A stretch of 64,000 bases of DNA from Octopus vulgaris (GCA_951406725.2 OX597818.1:7316001-7380000), one strand, 5' to 3'; positions 12,802 to 32,600 are shown, numbered from the stretch's first letter. Translations and numbers: made by a program. The notes: generated by a model not told the origin, from the sequence alone.

Positions 12802-15562
12802 TTTCTATTTATAAACGTTCTAAAATCTTTCACAGCCATAGATTTTTATCTCACTCACAGAAAAATGTATATACATACACACACACACACACGTGTATAT
12901 GTGTGTCTGTATCTGTGTGTGTGAAAGAGAGCCCCAGTATGGCTCAGTTAAAGTGACCTAAAGAAATAAAAGATAAAACATCTGCTTATCCATATCTATC
13001 TATAGATATATAGGTATATATATACTTATGGGTGTATATTATGTGAGACAGGAAGTAACGTGGAGAGTAGGTCAGGAGAAAAGTATTCCGGAGATGCTAA
13101 AACAAAAATAAACAACAGTAAACTAAAATAAAAGTAAACAAAAAACAAACAAAAAAGAAACGCTGACTAACTTGATCACGAAATATTTGTTCATTAATCG
13201 TCGACCTCATGGCTCAGTCATTTTAACACTCGCATGATCAGTCACATACACGTCTATGCATTTGCATGTACGCATGTATATTTTGTGCGTACATATATGT
13301 GTGTATATATGTTCTGCGTTCTTGTCCCACTTTTGCATTATATATATATGTATATATAAATATATGTGTGTTTGCACGCGCGTATGTATATGTATGTATG
13401 TATACACTCACATTTATGTATGTCTATATGTGTGCACGTGCTTGCGTGCGTGTGTGTTTGTGTGTGTAATTACCCTTGTTGCTAGCAAAACCTTAGCATG
13501 CGCAATCCGTTGACTTCCTTATAACCAACTCTCCCACTGCCACCACTTTCAGTATTGTCTCTACTCTTGTTTTGATTGCTTGACCGCCTTAACACTCTCA
13601 ACAAACAACAAACTATCCGTCCACCCTTCCTAACAATCTGCCTGGCTACTTGACTAGCTGGCTGAGTAACGCGTTCTCTGATTTCCCCTTCACCACTCTC
13701 TAATTATGAAACTGCTTTTGTCTCTATCAGCCTAATTTCTTCTCTGGTCCGTTGGCATTAGTTTCTCAGCTGTCCATCTTCTTTGGCACAGCTTTTCTCT
13801 AAATTATGCCTCTCAACACACGCCACCAACCGAAATACACTTCAGCATGCTTTGTGTCTCCTCCTTTGATTTTAATTTCTGTCAATCTTTAAACACGACA
13901 ATTCCCTGCCGCCGCTATCAACATTGTAGCTCCCGAAACAGCGAAAGTGCGTCTATGTGAAAATAACAGCTTCGTTTCAAGCTACGTTCACTCTTAAAAA
14001 CAGTTGCACAGTATACTTTCCTGTTCAAAAAGAAGACAAGAATGCTTGGGCGAATATTTTTGATCATATTCCTTTATGATCATAGTTAACATGAGGGTAT
14101 ACTCGCTCGATATTTCTAAAAAAGGCAGTCATTTACCTCAAATAACTATCTTAATTTTAGAGGCCTACTTTGTATAATATAGTCAATGTTTCTCTTTGAA
14201 CCATTATCGTTATCGCACGTGCGTATGTGCCTGCGTGTGCGTAGATATACATACATATGCAAATACACACACACATTTGTGTTCATGCGCACACAAATAT
14301 GTCTCTGTGGGAGTGACTGTCAGTGCATGTAAACATATATAAAATCCGATTAGCTTTTAGTATATGTAGTTGGTATGTATTTCTTTCACCGTGCTGCTCA
14401 TCTCTATATTAATACCCTGCACATCGTTTGTGCATAGAACCTGTATGTACATACACACATGTAAACCTTTCCAGAAGTTTCTCATTTAAATATATGAGTA
14501 TGTCTAGATATGCAAATATATGCATGAGAATACATACATAAAGCAGAACCTACAAATCTGCATAAATACATACATGCATGTGTACATACATACATACATA
14601 CATGCATACATACATACATACATACATACATACATACATACACACACGCACACATAGACACACACACACACACAAACACACACATGCACACCTACTCACG
14701 CACACACACGCACACCAATATATGTACATATATCATCTGTCGTATGGTGGTTGGAAAATAGCTTCTTTGAAAGAAGGGCTTTGTGTGGAGCAAATTTTTC
14801 GCACCATTTTATAGACATTGCTCGTCACACTTGATGTCAGATATTTAGTGATTCTCCAACTAACATGCTAGAAGTTCCTTCCCCTCAGTACTTCTTTTGT
14901 TCAATAATTGCGATACATAACAATCACCGAATCAAATCATGCTGAGGAAGCACCAAATCCAAGTCTTTGTTAATGACTCTTTAACCTACTGACAACAATA
15001 CAAGCAGTAATAATGAACACAAACGTTTTTATACACGCATACACAGCACCTTCACTACACCACCAACAACAACTATTACTACTACTGCTGCTGCTGCTAC
15101 TACTACTACTACTTCTTACGTTTCAAATATGAATTCCGTTGCTGCCTCTATCACCATCAGCCATCGATTGTGCCAATACCCTTTATTGCTCAACTAGTTG
15201 GAAATAGCAGCCAAATTGCTCTCAGTTCATAATCTACTCTTTAATAGTAACATGATTGCAAAGAGACGGAATTGGTATGACGGAAATCATTTTAGATCTC
15301 CGTTCTCGTATTTGATTTGCAAGATTCATAATCACATCAATGACAAGCCTTGAATATTTGACCAATTAGATAACCATAAAGAATTGATATAGTTCCGCAT
15401 TCTGATGACTGAATAAAACAAAGGTTACAATCTTTGTAATTTTAGCGAATGAGAAAGCTCCATGGAAATCAGCATACACATCGAAGTCGAAAACTTCACG
15501 TCATCACTTGACTGGCTAGAAATGGCAACCAAATATTCCTTGAACTACACGCTGACAAACAT

Positions 15563-15631
<69 letters not shown>

Positions 15632-17506
15632 CACACACACAAACACTCGCCCACAGACGCGCACAATTTCATAATATTTAATACTACAAACTCTGAGTAC
15701 GTGTTTGTTATTAATACATGCAATGTTTTTATGATTGCATAAAACGAAAACTTCTAGTGTCGCTGTGAAGTTAAGACTATATTGTGATGCATTTATTCTC
15801 TTATTATGAATGAAAAATGTCAGTAGAAATTTTACCGCAAACCAAAAATTAAAGTTTTTTGTTCTTTGATGTTAAGAGATAGTTTAAGGAAAATTTGGCT
15901 GCTATTTTAGCAGTTCAAGAGACCGTGTAAGGGTTTCGACTTCGCTGTGTATGTTGATCTCCATCGGCGATGGAACTTTTCGACTAACTAAAATTGCATA
16001 ATTTCAAACGCTTATAACCTTTTTCGTTATTAATTTGTAAAACAAAATGAACATGCGTTTTGTCATCAGAATGCGAAATAACATAAGAACTACATTTTTG
16101 AACATAATCCGGTGAAATTTTGAAAAACTTCAAGTGGTTGGAAGAAATTTAATAATGTCTATCATTCAGTGTATGATTTCATGATCACTTACCGTTGACT
16201 ATGCTGAGAAGGACAACACCAAGGAAAAATTCACACCAAACCTGTTAAAAATATATTAGCGACGAGAGTGTATTTTGCACCAAAAATTAATATGAGACTT
16301 TAATTCATTGTATCTAGTGCAGTATAATTTGTCCTAACAAAATATCCTCATATAAGTGATATAAGTATTACCACACCAATCTGCCAACTAATCAAACAAT
16401 TCGCTAATCAAGTAAAGAAAGCTCCCACAACGGGTACCAATATAAGTATCAACAACAATGATATTACCACCCGCAACCACACATATACTAGCTTATTTAG
16501 TTCGATAAAGAAATCCCTAATTATTCGCTTAATATGCTAGAAATAGCATCTAAATCTCACTCAGATCTGTCCATTTACAGAAAAGGTCGGACATAGTACA
16601 GCGTAGCACTTGATATATAAAAACACCATTTTTAAGGGTTTCATCTGGTTACACAGCAATGTATTCTGTGAGGACATGCCTAGGGATAAACAATTAGAGC
16701 AACCACACAAAAGCAGCAGGAGCAACTACAGCAGCGGCAGCCTTACTGCTCCCAAATGACACAGAAAGAGCCACGCACAAGACAATGGCCATTTCACTGA
16801 ACATTGAATGGAATTAGCTAAGGTTGACTGCTGCCATCCCAAATGTTTACGCGTAATGCCTTTCCTTCTTCAATCTCTACTTCTGTCAATGTTAGTCTGT
16901 CCACTTCACTGTAAGCTTCTTTTCTTTGTTTTTCTTCCATATTCTCTCCTACTCTTTGTTTGTTTGTTTGTTTCTTTCTTTTCTATCTTTCTTCCTTCTT
17001 TTCTCTTTCTTCCCCCTCTCTCTTTGTCTATTTGTATGTGAGTATATTTATATGTGTGTGTGTGTATATATATATATATATGGGACTGGTAAACTTTATG
17101 CATATGTGCATATATGTGTGTGCGTGTGTATATCTATGTGTATTTGTGTGTGTGTGTCGCAATGATTAACTTCATGTCGCAGAAACGAATCATCTCATAT
17201 TCTTTCTTTTCAACTGCGTGACACCTTCGGCAAGTGACTTATCCATAGCCTCGTATAGACCCTTAACTTATTAATAAAAGTAGGTAGGCGGAGACAGTAT
17301 CCATGTCGAATGGATTGTATCTGTAGCTCAAAGGTTCCGAGTACTTATTGAATGTTACATTCAGATTCAATCTAAGGATAATGTACAGGCTACACGTGTC
17401 GGTATAAACGCTCTGCTACATACACGTTACTGCAACAACTTAATGTGCTGGTGATTCAGTTGGTCGTACAGCTGAATACGGAGATACACACGCACACATA
17501 TATATG

Positions 17507-17567
<61 letters not shown>

Positions 17568-17759
17568 TTAAACAAATACAGAGGAAAAGGACAACAAGGA
17601 AGAAAAAAAAGCGTGGACGCTCAGAAAAGGAAAGAAAATCTTATTTAATTAATTATTTATTTATTTTTTACATTTCGAACAAAGATCGTCTTCAGAAACA
17701 GGAGACAGGAAAATCCAAAAGAAAAAGGTGGGGTAAAATCGTCAACAGTCCATATGTGG

Positions 17760-17790
<31 letters not shown>

Positions 17791-19204
17791 CATACATACA
17801 TACATACATACATACATACATACATTTGAAGAAACAATTTGATCCCCTGCTATCCAAGGTCCCAGATGAACCTATATCGAGGCAGGAAACTCAAAAGAGG
17901 ACTCTAGTAACGAACTCCCTCATTTAGGAAAACCCAATCACATAAGAATGGCCATTGAAAAAGTAGTTATACTGGTGGTGCTCCAGCATGGCAACAGCCT
18001 TCGGGCTAAAACGTATTTAAAAAATAATGAATATATATATACATGCAAGATAAATATAGCTATTGGTGGGTCATCAATCGAGACACTGACCATGTCACTG
18101 CTGCATGCAATATGACCTGCAGCCAAACTAAAAAAAACTGCCTTCTGAACATACTGCTCCATCATGGGCTTGGTTATGATTGCTAAAATAACTAATGAAT
18201 TAATTCTAACATTCACTATCATAATCACAAGTATGAACATGGCTCTCATTTAATCATAATCACTGCCAATTTTCAACTCTTGTTTACGATTATTATCACC
18301 AACTCCCTACTACTAGCACTTACTTACTTTACCCTATCCCTCAACACTAACAGCCAACACCATCACCGTCACCACCACAACCACTACCATATATATCTAG
18401 CACGTACCTCATTAAATACTCCCTCATTCCAGTTGCAATCAGCTCCTCGACGCTTACCCACGTTTTAATTACACATTGATGCTTATACACACAGCAATAG
18501 AACTATATTTACTCGAAGGAAAGAAAAGAAAGTGTATTGGTTCAGCATTTATTTGAAAGGCGGAGTGATAGGTTCAATTTGAATTGGATATGGTTCACTG
18601 GGCCCCGAAATATTGGAATGTAGGAAGGGAAAGGAAAGTGAGGTAGAAGTCGAAGAAGACACGCTGGTGTGAATTAATTTTGAGGGAGTAGGTAGTAGTG
18701 ACTAGGTGATGGGTTTTTTATTTGGACGTAGGAAGATGTGATTTTGCATAGAAAATGTAGAAAAGAGAGGAGCAGAGAAGTAATAGTAATCGTGTTAGTG
18801 AGAAAATGAGTATTGTGAGAAGAAAAAGAGATCTGGTGAAGACGATAAAATAGAGTAAATAGATAGGGGGAAGAGGGAGAGAGTGAGAGAGAGCGAAAAA
18901 TGAGGGAGAAAGAGGGCGGAGAGAGAGAGAGCAGTAAGTGGTTGAGACAACTCAGATGGCAGGGTAAGGTTAAACAGCGAACACGAGAAAAGTGGAGAGA
19001 GATAGAAACAGACAAAGAAATAGCGAAGAGGAGGTAATAGATATGAAGTGTAATAGTTTGGGAGGGAGAAATTACAGAAAAATCAAAATCAAGAGATGGT
19101 CTTTGTTTAGCTCCAGACTACATCTCATCGAGAATACTTATGACGAAAGTGTTCCAGCGGCGTTCAGCCACGTTTGTCGATCTTGAACTCTATTCTTTTA
19201 TATT

Positions 19205-19590
19205 TTACCTGTTATCTTTTATTGGTTTTATTCACTGAACTTGCGGCCATGCTGTTGCACGATTTTGAAGGGCTTACTGAAACAAATAGATACAAATACT
19301 TATTTTTTTAATGCCTGGCATTTATTCTATCGAATTCTATGTCGAATCGCTAAGCTACGGTGGCATAAAGAAACAAACATCTGCTGTCTAACTCTCCCGG
19401 GGGACAAACACAGAAAGACACATACACGATTATACACACACGCACACGATGGGCCTCAACACAGCTTCCGTTTACCAAGTGCATGCACAAGACATTGATC
19501 AACTTGGGGCTATAATAAAAGATAATTGCCAAAAATACTACGCAATGGGATTAAGTGCGGCACCACATGGTTGCGAAGCGAGCTCTCCGG
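19205..19590 (-). mobile_element. SINE family B, diverged full copy
   Basis: Reverse complement is colinear with 59520-59920 (aaccatgtggt head, internal (CA)n, gtccccc...cttagcgattcg, gcatggccgcaag tail). Confidence 0.75.
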
Positions 19591-20329
19591 TATTTGTCTA
19601 ATGTTTTTATTTTTACTTGTTGGGTGATTTAAAAACATTTAACGCTATTGTAACAGGTGAAGCTATCATTTATTGATGACACTGGTGGATGGAAAAGAAA
19701 GGATTTAGCTATGGCATGATAGAAAATACAAATATGGTGTGGGGGGGATAGAGAGGTTATACACACACGCACAAATTGAGAGAAAATGAGATGGAGATTG
19801 TGTGTGTGTGTTCTCGTGAATGCGAGTATCGTGTGTATTCCCGTGCATGTAAATTATGAGAGGGAAGGAGAGAAGTCAGAAAAGAGTCGGGGTGGGGAAC
19901 ATCAGGTACAAGAGGAAAGTGTAACGAAGAGAATGAACAGGCAGAAAATTTATTTGAAAAATGATGGAGCATCGTTCCTCTGTGTCATCTGTGTCCGGAC
20001 CGTACGTGAAGAATTTTAAATTTGCCATGTCTCTCTTGTGCCACAATGAGTTGTCTTAATATTAATTTTACTGTGTAACTAGTCTAAAATATCATTGAAA
20101 GCATATGAGCTTTCTGTATAGTTTGTATTAAGTTTTCTTATTCTGTCTATCTTTGTCATATAAATGTTCAGAATGAATGAAAAAGAGTGGGGTATTTGCT
20201 TCAGTGTGCTTTCCTACATTAGGGTCATATTTCAGTTCATTCTTCCCTGAAATTATGTACAGCTATTATTGGATACTTCACACCCCTTGTTGGTTCTCTT
20301 ATTTGTCTCAGGTCACACTGATGCCGGCG

Positions 20330-20560
20330 GAGCAGAAATCAGAACTTACACAATGATTAACACTTTAACACTGTACAGGAAATAGTTCCATCCTTCACTT
20401 GCATCCCTGATTCAACGACTTCAAAGAAACCCTTAATATTTTGCCACCTTTCAGTTTAAACCCTATCAAACAATCGTCCTCATAAGTCCTATCTGATTGT
20501 CAGACTAGTTCTTTACTGCAACAATCACCCATACGTCAATATAGAACGCAATGCCCTTTC
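20330..20560 (-). mobile_element. Highly degraded Ty3/Gypsy-like RT palm remnant
   Basis: Minus frame AFYIDVWVIV...GLN*KVAKY resembles YIDDIIV...GLxLKxxKC. Multiple stops. Confidence 0.3.
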
Positions 20561-21081
20561 AAACAGTTCAGATCCTATGGCTCTTCAAACAGAATGATTG
20601 TTCGGAGTGTCACTAAGTTTATGATAGCAAACACTTTCAGGCATGTGTTTCACAACTGACCTATCAGAAACAGATGGACGACTCCCTCACGACGTCCTCT
20701 TAAGTATATCACTCTATGTTTCGGCCACAACCTCATCGCTCTCAAGATACTCGTAACTGCGCAGATAAATGGTCAGAGAAAAAATTGTGAAGTCTTTTAA
20801 ATTATTGCAAAATATGTAAGAATATTATTCAAACTGTACTTACGAATCACCGCACTTCAGAAAAGCTGTGAAGATTTCCGTTTTCCCTATCTCTCACCTG
20901 TACGGTTAGAGTATGACGTCTCCGGATATATGCCTGTTTAATTACAATTGTACTTGCTTCTATATAACTAATTTCTAAACGCTTTCATGCCATTAACACT
21001 GCATGTTTTTTCCGTTAATACTATCATGTATTACAGTTTTGCACCCCACTGTGAATTGAATTTGTGAAATAAATTTAAATA

Positions 21082-22261
21082 TTAGCTCGTCAAGAATGAA
21101 GTTTGTAGTAAGGTATATGGTAAAATTTGAGAGCTGCTCATTTTGTGCCATTATTATATTTTGACAATCATTATCTTTTTTTGTTTTGTTAGAAAGCTGA
21201 CATATCTATTTCTTTATTCTAACTCCTTTTGCGCTTATAAAGTATTTATAATTCGTGTTTTGCTGTTTTTGTTTAGAGATAGATAAGTCGGAAATTCGTT
21301 GAGTTTTTAACTATGTGTTCTTTCTTGGAAACACAGCATCACATACAGCTCGGAATATTAATGGAGTATTTCATTTTAATGTTATTACAGAGCAGACAGT
21401 ATCAAATTAGCTTGAAAAATTTCGTTCTAGTAACTTTGACCTCACAACTGAGCAACGCGGTCGACCAGAAACAAATGTGGATAATGACGAACTGAAAGCC
21501 AACGTCGAGTCAGATCCATCTCAAAGTGCCCGTGGATTGTTGTTGTCGTTTAGTGTTACCAAGCAAACAATATTGACTCATCTAGTTCAAATTGGTAAAA
21601 TGAAAAGTTGGATAAGTGGGTTCTGCATGAATTCAATGAAAATCAGAACCAGCAACGTTTGGAAGACTGCATTATGCTATTTTCTTGTCACAAAAATGAG
21701 TCATTTTTTAATCGAATTGTAACATGTGGTGAGAAACGCTCAGGCACAATGGCTGAGCAAAGACGAGCTACCAAAATACAGTCCAAAATGCAAAATTTAC
21801 CAAAAGAAGCTGATGGTGTGTGATTGGTGATCTGGCGCAGGTGTGATCCATTATGATTTCATTAAACCTGGCTCATCAATCACGGCTGAAGTATACTGCA
21901 GCCAGCTTGACCAAATGATGCAGAAACTTACAAAAAAAAAAGCCTAGATTAGTCAACACGTTCACTCCTATTTTATTGCAAGACAACGCCAGACCACACA
22001 TCGCAAAAAGTTGGAAGTTCTTTGATAGAAAAAAAAGACCCCCAAAAAACGACAATGCTGTAAAATAGGCTTTCCAAGATTTTTTTGGCTCTAGATTGCC
22101 AGGCTTTTACAGTTCAAGGCTGGTCAAACTACCGCTGAAATGGCAAAAGTGCGTTGACAATATGGGTGCATACTTTGATGAATAAAACTATTCCTAGTAT
22201 TTATAAAACATTAGCAACCTTTTTTTTTTCTCTTCTACAAATTTCATACTTGACGATCTAA
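21082..22261 (+). mobile_element. mariner element, internally deleted, with TIRs and TA target-site duplication
   Basis: Left TIR TA|ttagctcgtcaagaatgaagtttgtag versus right rc TA|ttagatcgtcaagtatgaaatttgtag. Confidence 0.92.
21279..22185 (+). pseudogene. mariner transposase pseudogene
   Basis: Start mutated to ATA. Motifs RGRP..VDNDELKA, KWVLHEF (WVPHEL), RIVTCGEK (DEKW), LQDNARPH, KWQKCVDNMGAYFDE*. The YSPDLAP region is deleted; frameshifts present. Confidence 0.9.
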
Positions 22262-23629
22262 TATTAGAATAACCTCAGCTAAATGAAAATCTATTCATTC
22301 TATGCTTTTGATGTACCAGAAAAAGAGACTGTGGGTACACTGACGGATCATCTTAATCGATCCTCCGAGAATACGTACCCAAACATCTATCCTAATCGAT
22401 AGCATAGTGTTCTGTTTCTATATATAGCCATCGAAGAATAAACAGTAATTGTGTTGGATAATTTAATTAATACATTTGTACATTGGACGCTTCGACATTT
22501 AATAGAAAGTGTTTATTTAAACATAACACAACATGAATCAGAAATATTAAGATATATTTAAATTCTAGAAAGCATGTATAAATATAGATATACACACACA
22601 CACAATAAAAATCGCACATACACTCTCTCTCCCACACACAGAGCACACATGCACTCACACACGCACTCACACACACACAGACATATACATATGTATATAT
22701 ACATATACACGCGTGCATATATATATATATATGTTCTAGCAGAAACTTCTGTACATATAGCAATACATAGGCAGTCACTGGAAAATATGCGTATGCATAT
22801 AACTACTCAGTTATGCGCCTGCTCTTAAAAAATCTCTTAAGTAATATATTTGTAAATTGCCATGTCTCTACGCACGAATACATGCACGCACACATGCATA
22901 TGAATATATAAATATCTACATGTACATTTATTGAAATAGAGTTGATACGACTGGGATTATAGTTACCTAGTGTTTTACATCGAAATCCAGTTTACAGAGG
23001 TTTTGATAGAGTGTATGATAACTTGTATTTCACTCTGTATAGAATTGCTGGTATCACATTGATCGTCAATACACAGACATATTGGAAGGCGTGCTCAAAG
23101 ATTACAAGTTACTACAGTTTACTAGCACTAAATATTTCCAACTAGTTATATTTACACGAATAATGCATAAGTTATCTCTTGTGTGGAATAAAACTAATAT
23201 TCTCTTGATTATGAATATTCAATAGTTAGTAACCTGTAATCTGTAACCAAAATCACGCGTAATTGCAATAGATTAGACCATTTTTGCTAAGTAGTAGTTT
23301 TATAGACAAACAAATAATTTATTAGCAAACGTTACTGAACGTAGGGAGCAATGTTAAAACTAAACCAAGAAAGTGAATCGAAACATTTAATGCGTAGTAT
23401 ACACTCTTACTTTTATTGAAGCAATACAATATTTCGCACAGCAAATTTGGAGAATAACACATGCATAAATATGAAGTGGGCAATGACAGAGAGAGCCATA
23501 TGAAAATATATCCTAGAAAGTGTTCATTATATGTCATACAAAACATTGCAGGTCATTATCAAACAAAAGGAGATAAATTATTGTATCCCGGTGTAGATAC
23601 TAACAAAAAAATTATATTATTATTAAAAA

Positions 23630-23840
23630 TGGTCAAGGTGGTGAGCTGGTAGAATTGTAAGCACGCCAGGCAAACTATTTAACGGCATTTTGTCTGTATT
23701 TACGTTCTAAGCTGCGATTCTGCCGAGGTCAGATTTGTATTTCATCCTTCCTGAGTCGATTAAACAAGAACCAGTTAAACACTGGGGTCGAAGTAATCTC
23801 CCGAAATTGCTGGCCTTGTACTAAAATGTGAACTCAATAT
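23630..23840 (+). mobile_element. SINE family C, diverged
   Basis: ggtgagctggtagaattgtaagcacgccaggc...gccgaggtcagatttgtatttcatcctt...ccagttaaacactggggtcga. Confidence 0.8.
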
Positions 23841-24059
23841 TAAAACCTGGTCACCATCAGAGACAGTGTAAATATTACATTATGGTCCAGAATATACATC
23901 AGTTCTGATGAACTACACACTCCTGATGAAGCTTATGAAAGCTTCTTAACAGTGTTTATGCAATCAGACTTGGGACATTGGTCTTACTATAAACATTGTG
24001 GAACGCATTCAAAAGGAATACAGTGTATTGATTTCTCTTATTATTAATATTTTGTACAG

Positions 24060-24255
24060 TGGAGCAGCGATCAGGCAGGATTGTTTGCACACCGAGGGCA
24101 ATGCTTAGGGGAATTTCGTCCATATTTATGTTTTGAGTTTAAATTTCTCCGAAGTCGACCTTGCCTTTCGTTCATTCGGAGTCGATGAAATAAGTAACAG
24201 TTTGATGTAATTGAATTACCTTTTCCCAAAATTTGCTGACCTTGTGCCAAACTTT
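24060..24255 (+). mobile_element. SINE family C, diverged
   Basis: gagtttaaatt...gtcgaccttgcctttcgttcattcggagtcgatgaaataagta. Confidence 0.7.
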
Positions 24256-25269
24256 GTCTGCAGTGTATTAATTTCCAAACATTTAAACATAGACGCGTAA
24301 TATCTTGGCCCTCAGATGTATTGCCTGCTTGGATGTCTATTGGATTATCATTCTTATAGCTTACTCAGAAAAATATAGTTACATACCACCTCTGTACATG
24401 TTCATAAACACTTTTATACAATGACTTCACTTCTTCTATATTATCATCACATATTTAACCTATTTCTTGAAACCCTGAATTTATCAACCAAGAATTGCAT
24501 TTACTTTAGGTTTTACCTTTAGACATGAACTTGCACTTTATCAAGATGAATATGAACTACAATAATTTGACCAATCACAAATGGTCAGTAAAAATCGTGA
24601 CAATTGTTCACTTCCTCTTGACTAATTCGTATTAAAAATAAGAGTTTCTAATGGATATCAAATCTTTCTTTTACATCACGTAGCTTATTGAGTTTACAAC
24701 ATATGTGGCATACAACATACACTCACATATTCCTATGCAGACATAGGCACAAGCGCGTTCACACTTTCATATACATTGGTATACATACATACGTACCGAC
24801 ATGTATACATGCCTAAGAACGAAAATCCGTACATACATACACACATACACACACACGTACACGCACACGCACACATGCACACATGTACATGTATATATGT
24901 AGGCATGTATGTAAGAATGTACGTACTTATGTATATCTGTATTTGTGTATTTATACACAAATTTTTAAACATTCAAATACGCAGAACAAACTGAGTTACA
25001 AACTGCAGTGTAACTTCATTGGGAGAAAACTGTACTTTAGCAAGATGGTGAGTACATTTACGATTTAGTACTGAGTTCATCTTTATGACTTAATTCCAAT
25101 GAGACATATTAAATTTCTTAAAAAATAGTAGTCGAACTAGGTTTCCATAATATCAATCCGATCCCGCTGAAAACAATTTGAATTTGATCTTACGGGTGGA
25201 ATAATCAAAATTTAATTAAGTGTTGCCAACGATAAAATCGATGAGTTTTTTTCCACAAATTTATCGCCA

Positions 25270-25465
25270 ACAAGCTGACAGAATCGTTTGCACGCCGGAC
25301 TAAATGTCCAGTGTCATTTCTCCCACCTTTAGGGTCTGCCGCCGTAGTCGACTTTGCCTTCGATCATTTCGGAATCGATTAAATAAGTACCACTTTAACT
25401 CTAGGCACGGTGCAATCATCTAGGCCTCTTGACCAAATTTTGTAGCTTTGTGCTTATAGTAACAA
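25270..25465 (+). mobile_element. SINE family C, diverged
   Basis: agctgacagaatcgtttgcacgccgg...gtcgactttgccttcgatcatttcggaatcgattaaataagtacc. Confidence 0.7.
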
Positions 25466-25470
25466 TGATT

Positions 25471-29671
<4,201 letters not shown>

Positions 29672-30701
29672 TTATTATTGTTATTATCATCACCATTATT
29701 ATCACTCTCACCACCATTACTATCATCATCATCATCATCACCATCACCATCACCATCATCATCATCATCAATGATATTGTTTTATGTGTAGTCACAACAG
29801 TATCTTATTATTGTTATTTTTGTTTTTTATCATTATCACCATCACAGTAGTGTCTGTCTGTCTCGTTGGTTGGCTTGGTGATTGGCTGGCTGACTGTCTT
29901 CAACGCCAGAGTTCTTGCCTGTCAAATAATACTTTCATATTTGGTTAACAATAGAGCCGAGGTGAGGTTTGTGTTGGTTGAACACTTTGAGTGCGTGTGT
30001 AGATAGATAGATAGATTATCAGCACTATTACTATCATTATCATCACCATCATCACCATCATCACCATCAGTGATATTTTTTTTTTTTAGGTGGGGTCCTA
30101 TCGGTCAAAAAAAGTTCAAATGTTTACTACTATTAGCCTTAAGAAAAATTAAGGAAGGGCTGTTCTGTATTGTTTGTGAATAGAGAAGTTGTGTTCGACC
30201 AGAGAGAATCTTAGCATCATTATTTTTTTCCATGTGCGTTTGTGTTATTGCAATAAAAAGTGTTTGTATATTTCATGTAAGGTAATATTGTGGAGGTTGA
30301 AATTGACTTTTCTAGAGATGTTTGTATGTCCAGTTAGAAGAACAGGTGTGTTTTTGCAATAAAAAGTATATGTTTACATTTGTATTTGAATATTCAGGGA
30401 GGAAGCAAAGAAAAGTCAGATTTTCATAGAAAGTTTTAGGGTTTTGTAAGTCCACAAAAAGAAAAGCGTGATGTTTTTAGAGAGAAGAAAAAAAAAGGGT
30501 GTTTACAGAGGCAGTTGTGGGTATTAAAGTTTTTAAAGCTGATCGGATGTATGTTTGAAAACTGTAGATATGTAAATTTGTAAATTTCTTAACTTATTTT
30601 GAAGAGAATTTTAAATACTCACGAGGTATTGTAGATGTTCCAGTCTTTGAGAGTTATTTTCCCCCGATGCTAAACTGGGTCATATTAGTGTTTCTCGGTC
30701 A

Positions 30702-30732
<31 letters not shown>

Positions 30733-32082
30733 ATTATTATTATTATTATTGTTATTATTATTATTATTACTATTACTATATATTTCTTTCAGCTCTCTTT
30801 AGCCGGAATTGAAATATCACCGAGGACAACTAAATATTACCGACCTTCATAGGTCGATAATATATAATACCACTCAAGTACCATCACCACCACCACCACC
30901 CTCCTCCTCCTCCTCATCATCATCATCATTATCATCATCATCAGCATCGTCATCATCCACATCAATTGATCTATATTTACTTCATTTGATAATTATATTT
31001 TCGTGTGTTTCCAAAGTATATATCATTTCTTTCTAATGTGTTCCTGTAAATTGCATGTATCAGTATGCCTGCCTATCTATTCATTATGCGTCAAGGTTTG
31101 TATTTTACCACAGAGGAACCATAGATTTGAAATTTTCTGCATTTCCGCATATCCTTCTTAGTTATATATTTCGAAAAATATCCATAGAAATGTACGTGCA
31201 AATGCATATGTATATGTATGAATATATTTATGTATGTATGTATGTATGTATGTATGTATGTATGTATGTATGTATGTATGCATGCACGTATGTATGTGCA
31301 TATACATATGTGTGTGTGTACCTGTATGAATGTATATATATTTATAAGTGTGTATGCTTGAGCGTACCTAAATTAGTATTAGTGTGTGTGTGCATGAAAA
31401 CTGTCATCTCACATATAGCATCATGAAAGAATATAAAATGATACAAGCAAATATATATGCGTATACATTAAAACACACACTCCACAACATTCATGCACAC
31501 ATATATTTGTAGACATAATCACACATCTACACTCACACAAGAAGAAACTATGCAAAAACGAAATAGAAAATTAAAGAAAGACGTATTTCTTGGAAAAGGA
31601 AAAGTAAAAAGAGAGGAAATAAGGATGATGAGAGACAGACATGTTCAGGAAATAAAGATGATATTGGCTGGCTGTTAGTTTCTAAGGAATGTCGATGTTA
31701 ACGGAAGCAACACTACTGAATGTGGCCATCTTTTGTTCTTGTCGGGCAGTCTTTCCTTTACAACCCTACCCCGTTCTTCTATTCTCTTCATGTTGACGTT
31801 GCTCTCAAACGCTAGAATGTTCCTACTGAATCCTTTTCTGTTATTGTCAACTTGTCAAACAACGACTATGTCTATAGATATTGGTGTCACATTTGAGAGC
31901 CTTCAATTTCGATCGTCTGCTTGCTTGCAATTCTACTTCGTTTATTTTATTCTTTGATTTATTTTTTGTAGTTGTTGCTCTATTTGAAAATTTTTTGTTG
32001 ATTTTTCTACTTGTTCTGTTTTTGCTATTTTTTTCTTTCTATAGTTGCTGTCAATTATATACTCGTTGTTTTGTTGTTAAGA

Positions 32083-32083
32083 T

Positions 32084-32171
<88 letters not shown>

Positions 32172-32210
32172 GCTGCTACTACTGCTGCTGCTGCAGCTAC
32201 GGCTGCTGCT
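32083..32210. repeat. (TAC)n grading into (TGC)n
   Basis: Directly visible. Confidence 0.95.
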
Positions 32211-32320
32211 ATATTCGTGTTCAACTCACGTTAACGTTGACAATTTCTCACTCATTTGTTTCTACCACTTTCCTCTCATGTTTGGTCTTTCGGTGATCGG
32301 TTTCTTTTTTGTCTGTCTTT

Positions 32321-32600
32321 ATGTATGTATGTATGTATGTATGTATGTATGTATGTATGTATGTATGTATGTATGTATGTATGTATGTATGTATGTATGT
32401 ATGTATGTATGTATGTATGTTTGTATGTATGTATGTATGTACGTACGTACGTATGTATGTATGTATGTATGTATGTATGTATGTATGTATGTATGTATGT
32501 ATGTATGTATGTATGTATGTATGTATGTATGTATGTATGTATGTATGTATGTATGTATGCATATATGTATGTACGTATGCATGCATGTATGCATGCGTCC
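32321..32600. repeat. (ATGT)n tetranucleotide array
   Basis: Directly visible; source of the MYVC and HTYI ORFs. Confidence 0.95.

Noticed and set aside
20712-20745. Minus-strand GCGATGA-ggt..gcc-GAAAC hammerhead-like motif
   Set aside because: The core is mutated and stem I cannot pair.
23905-23950. Two CTGATGA motifs
   Set aside because: No correctly placed stem II plus GAAA...UH.
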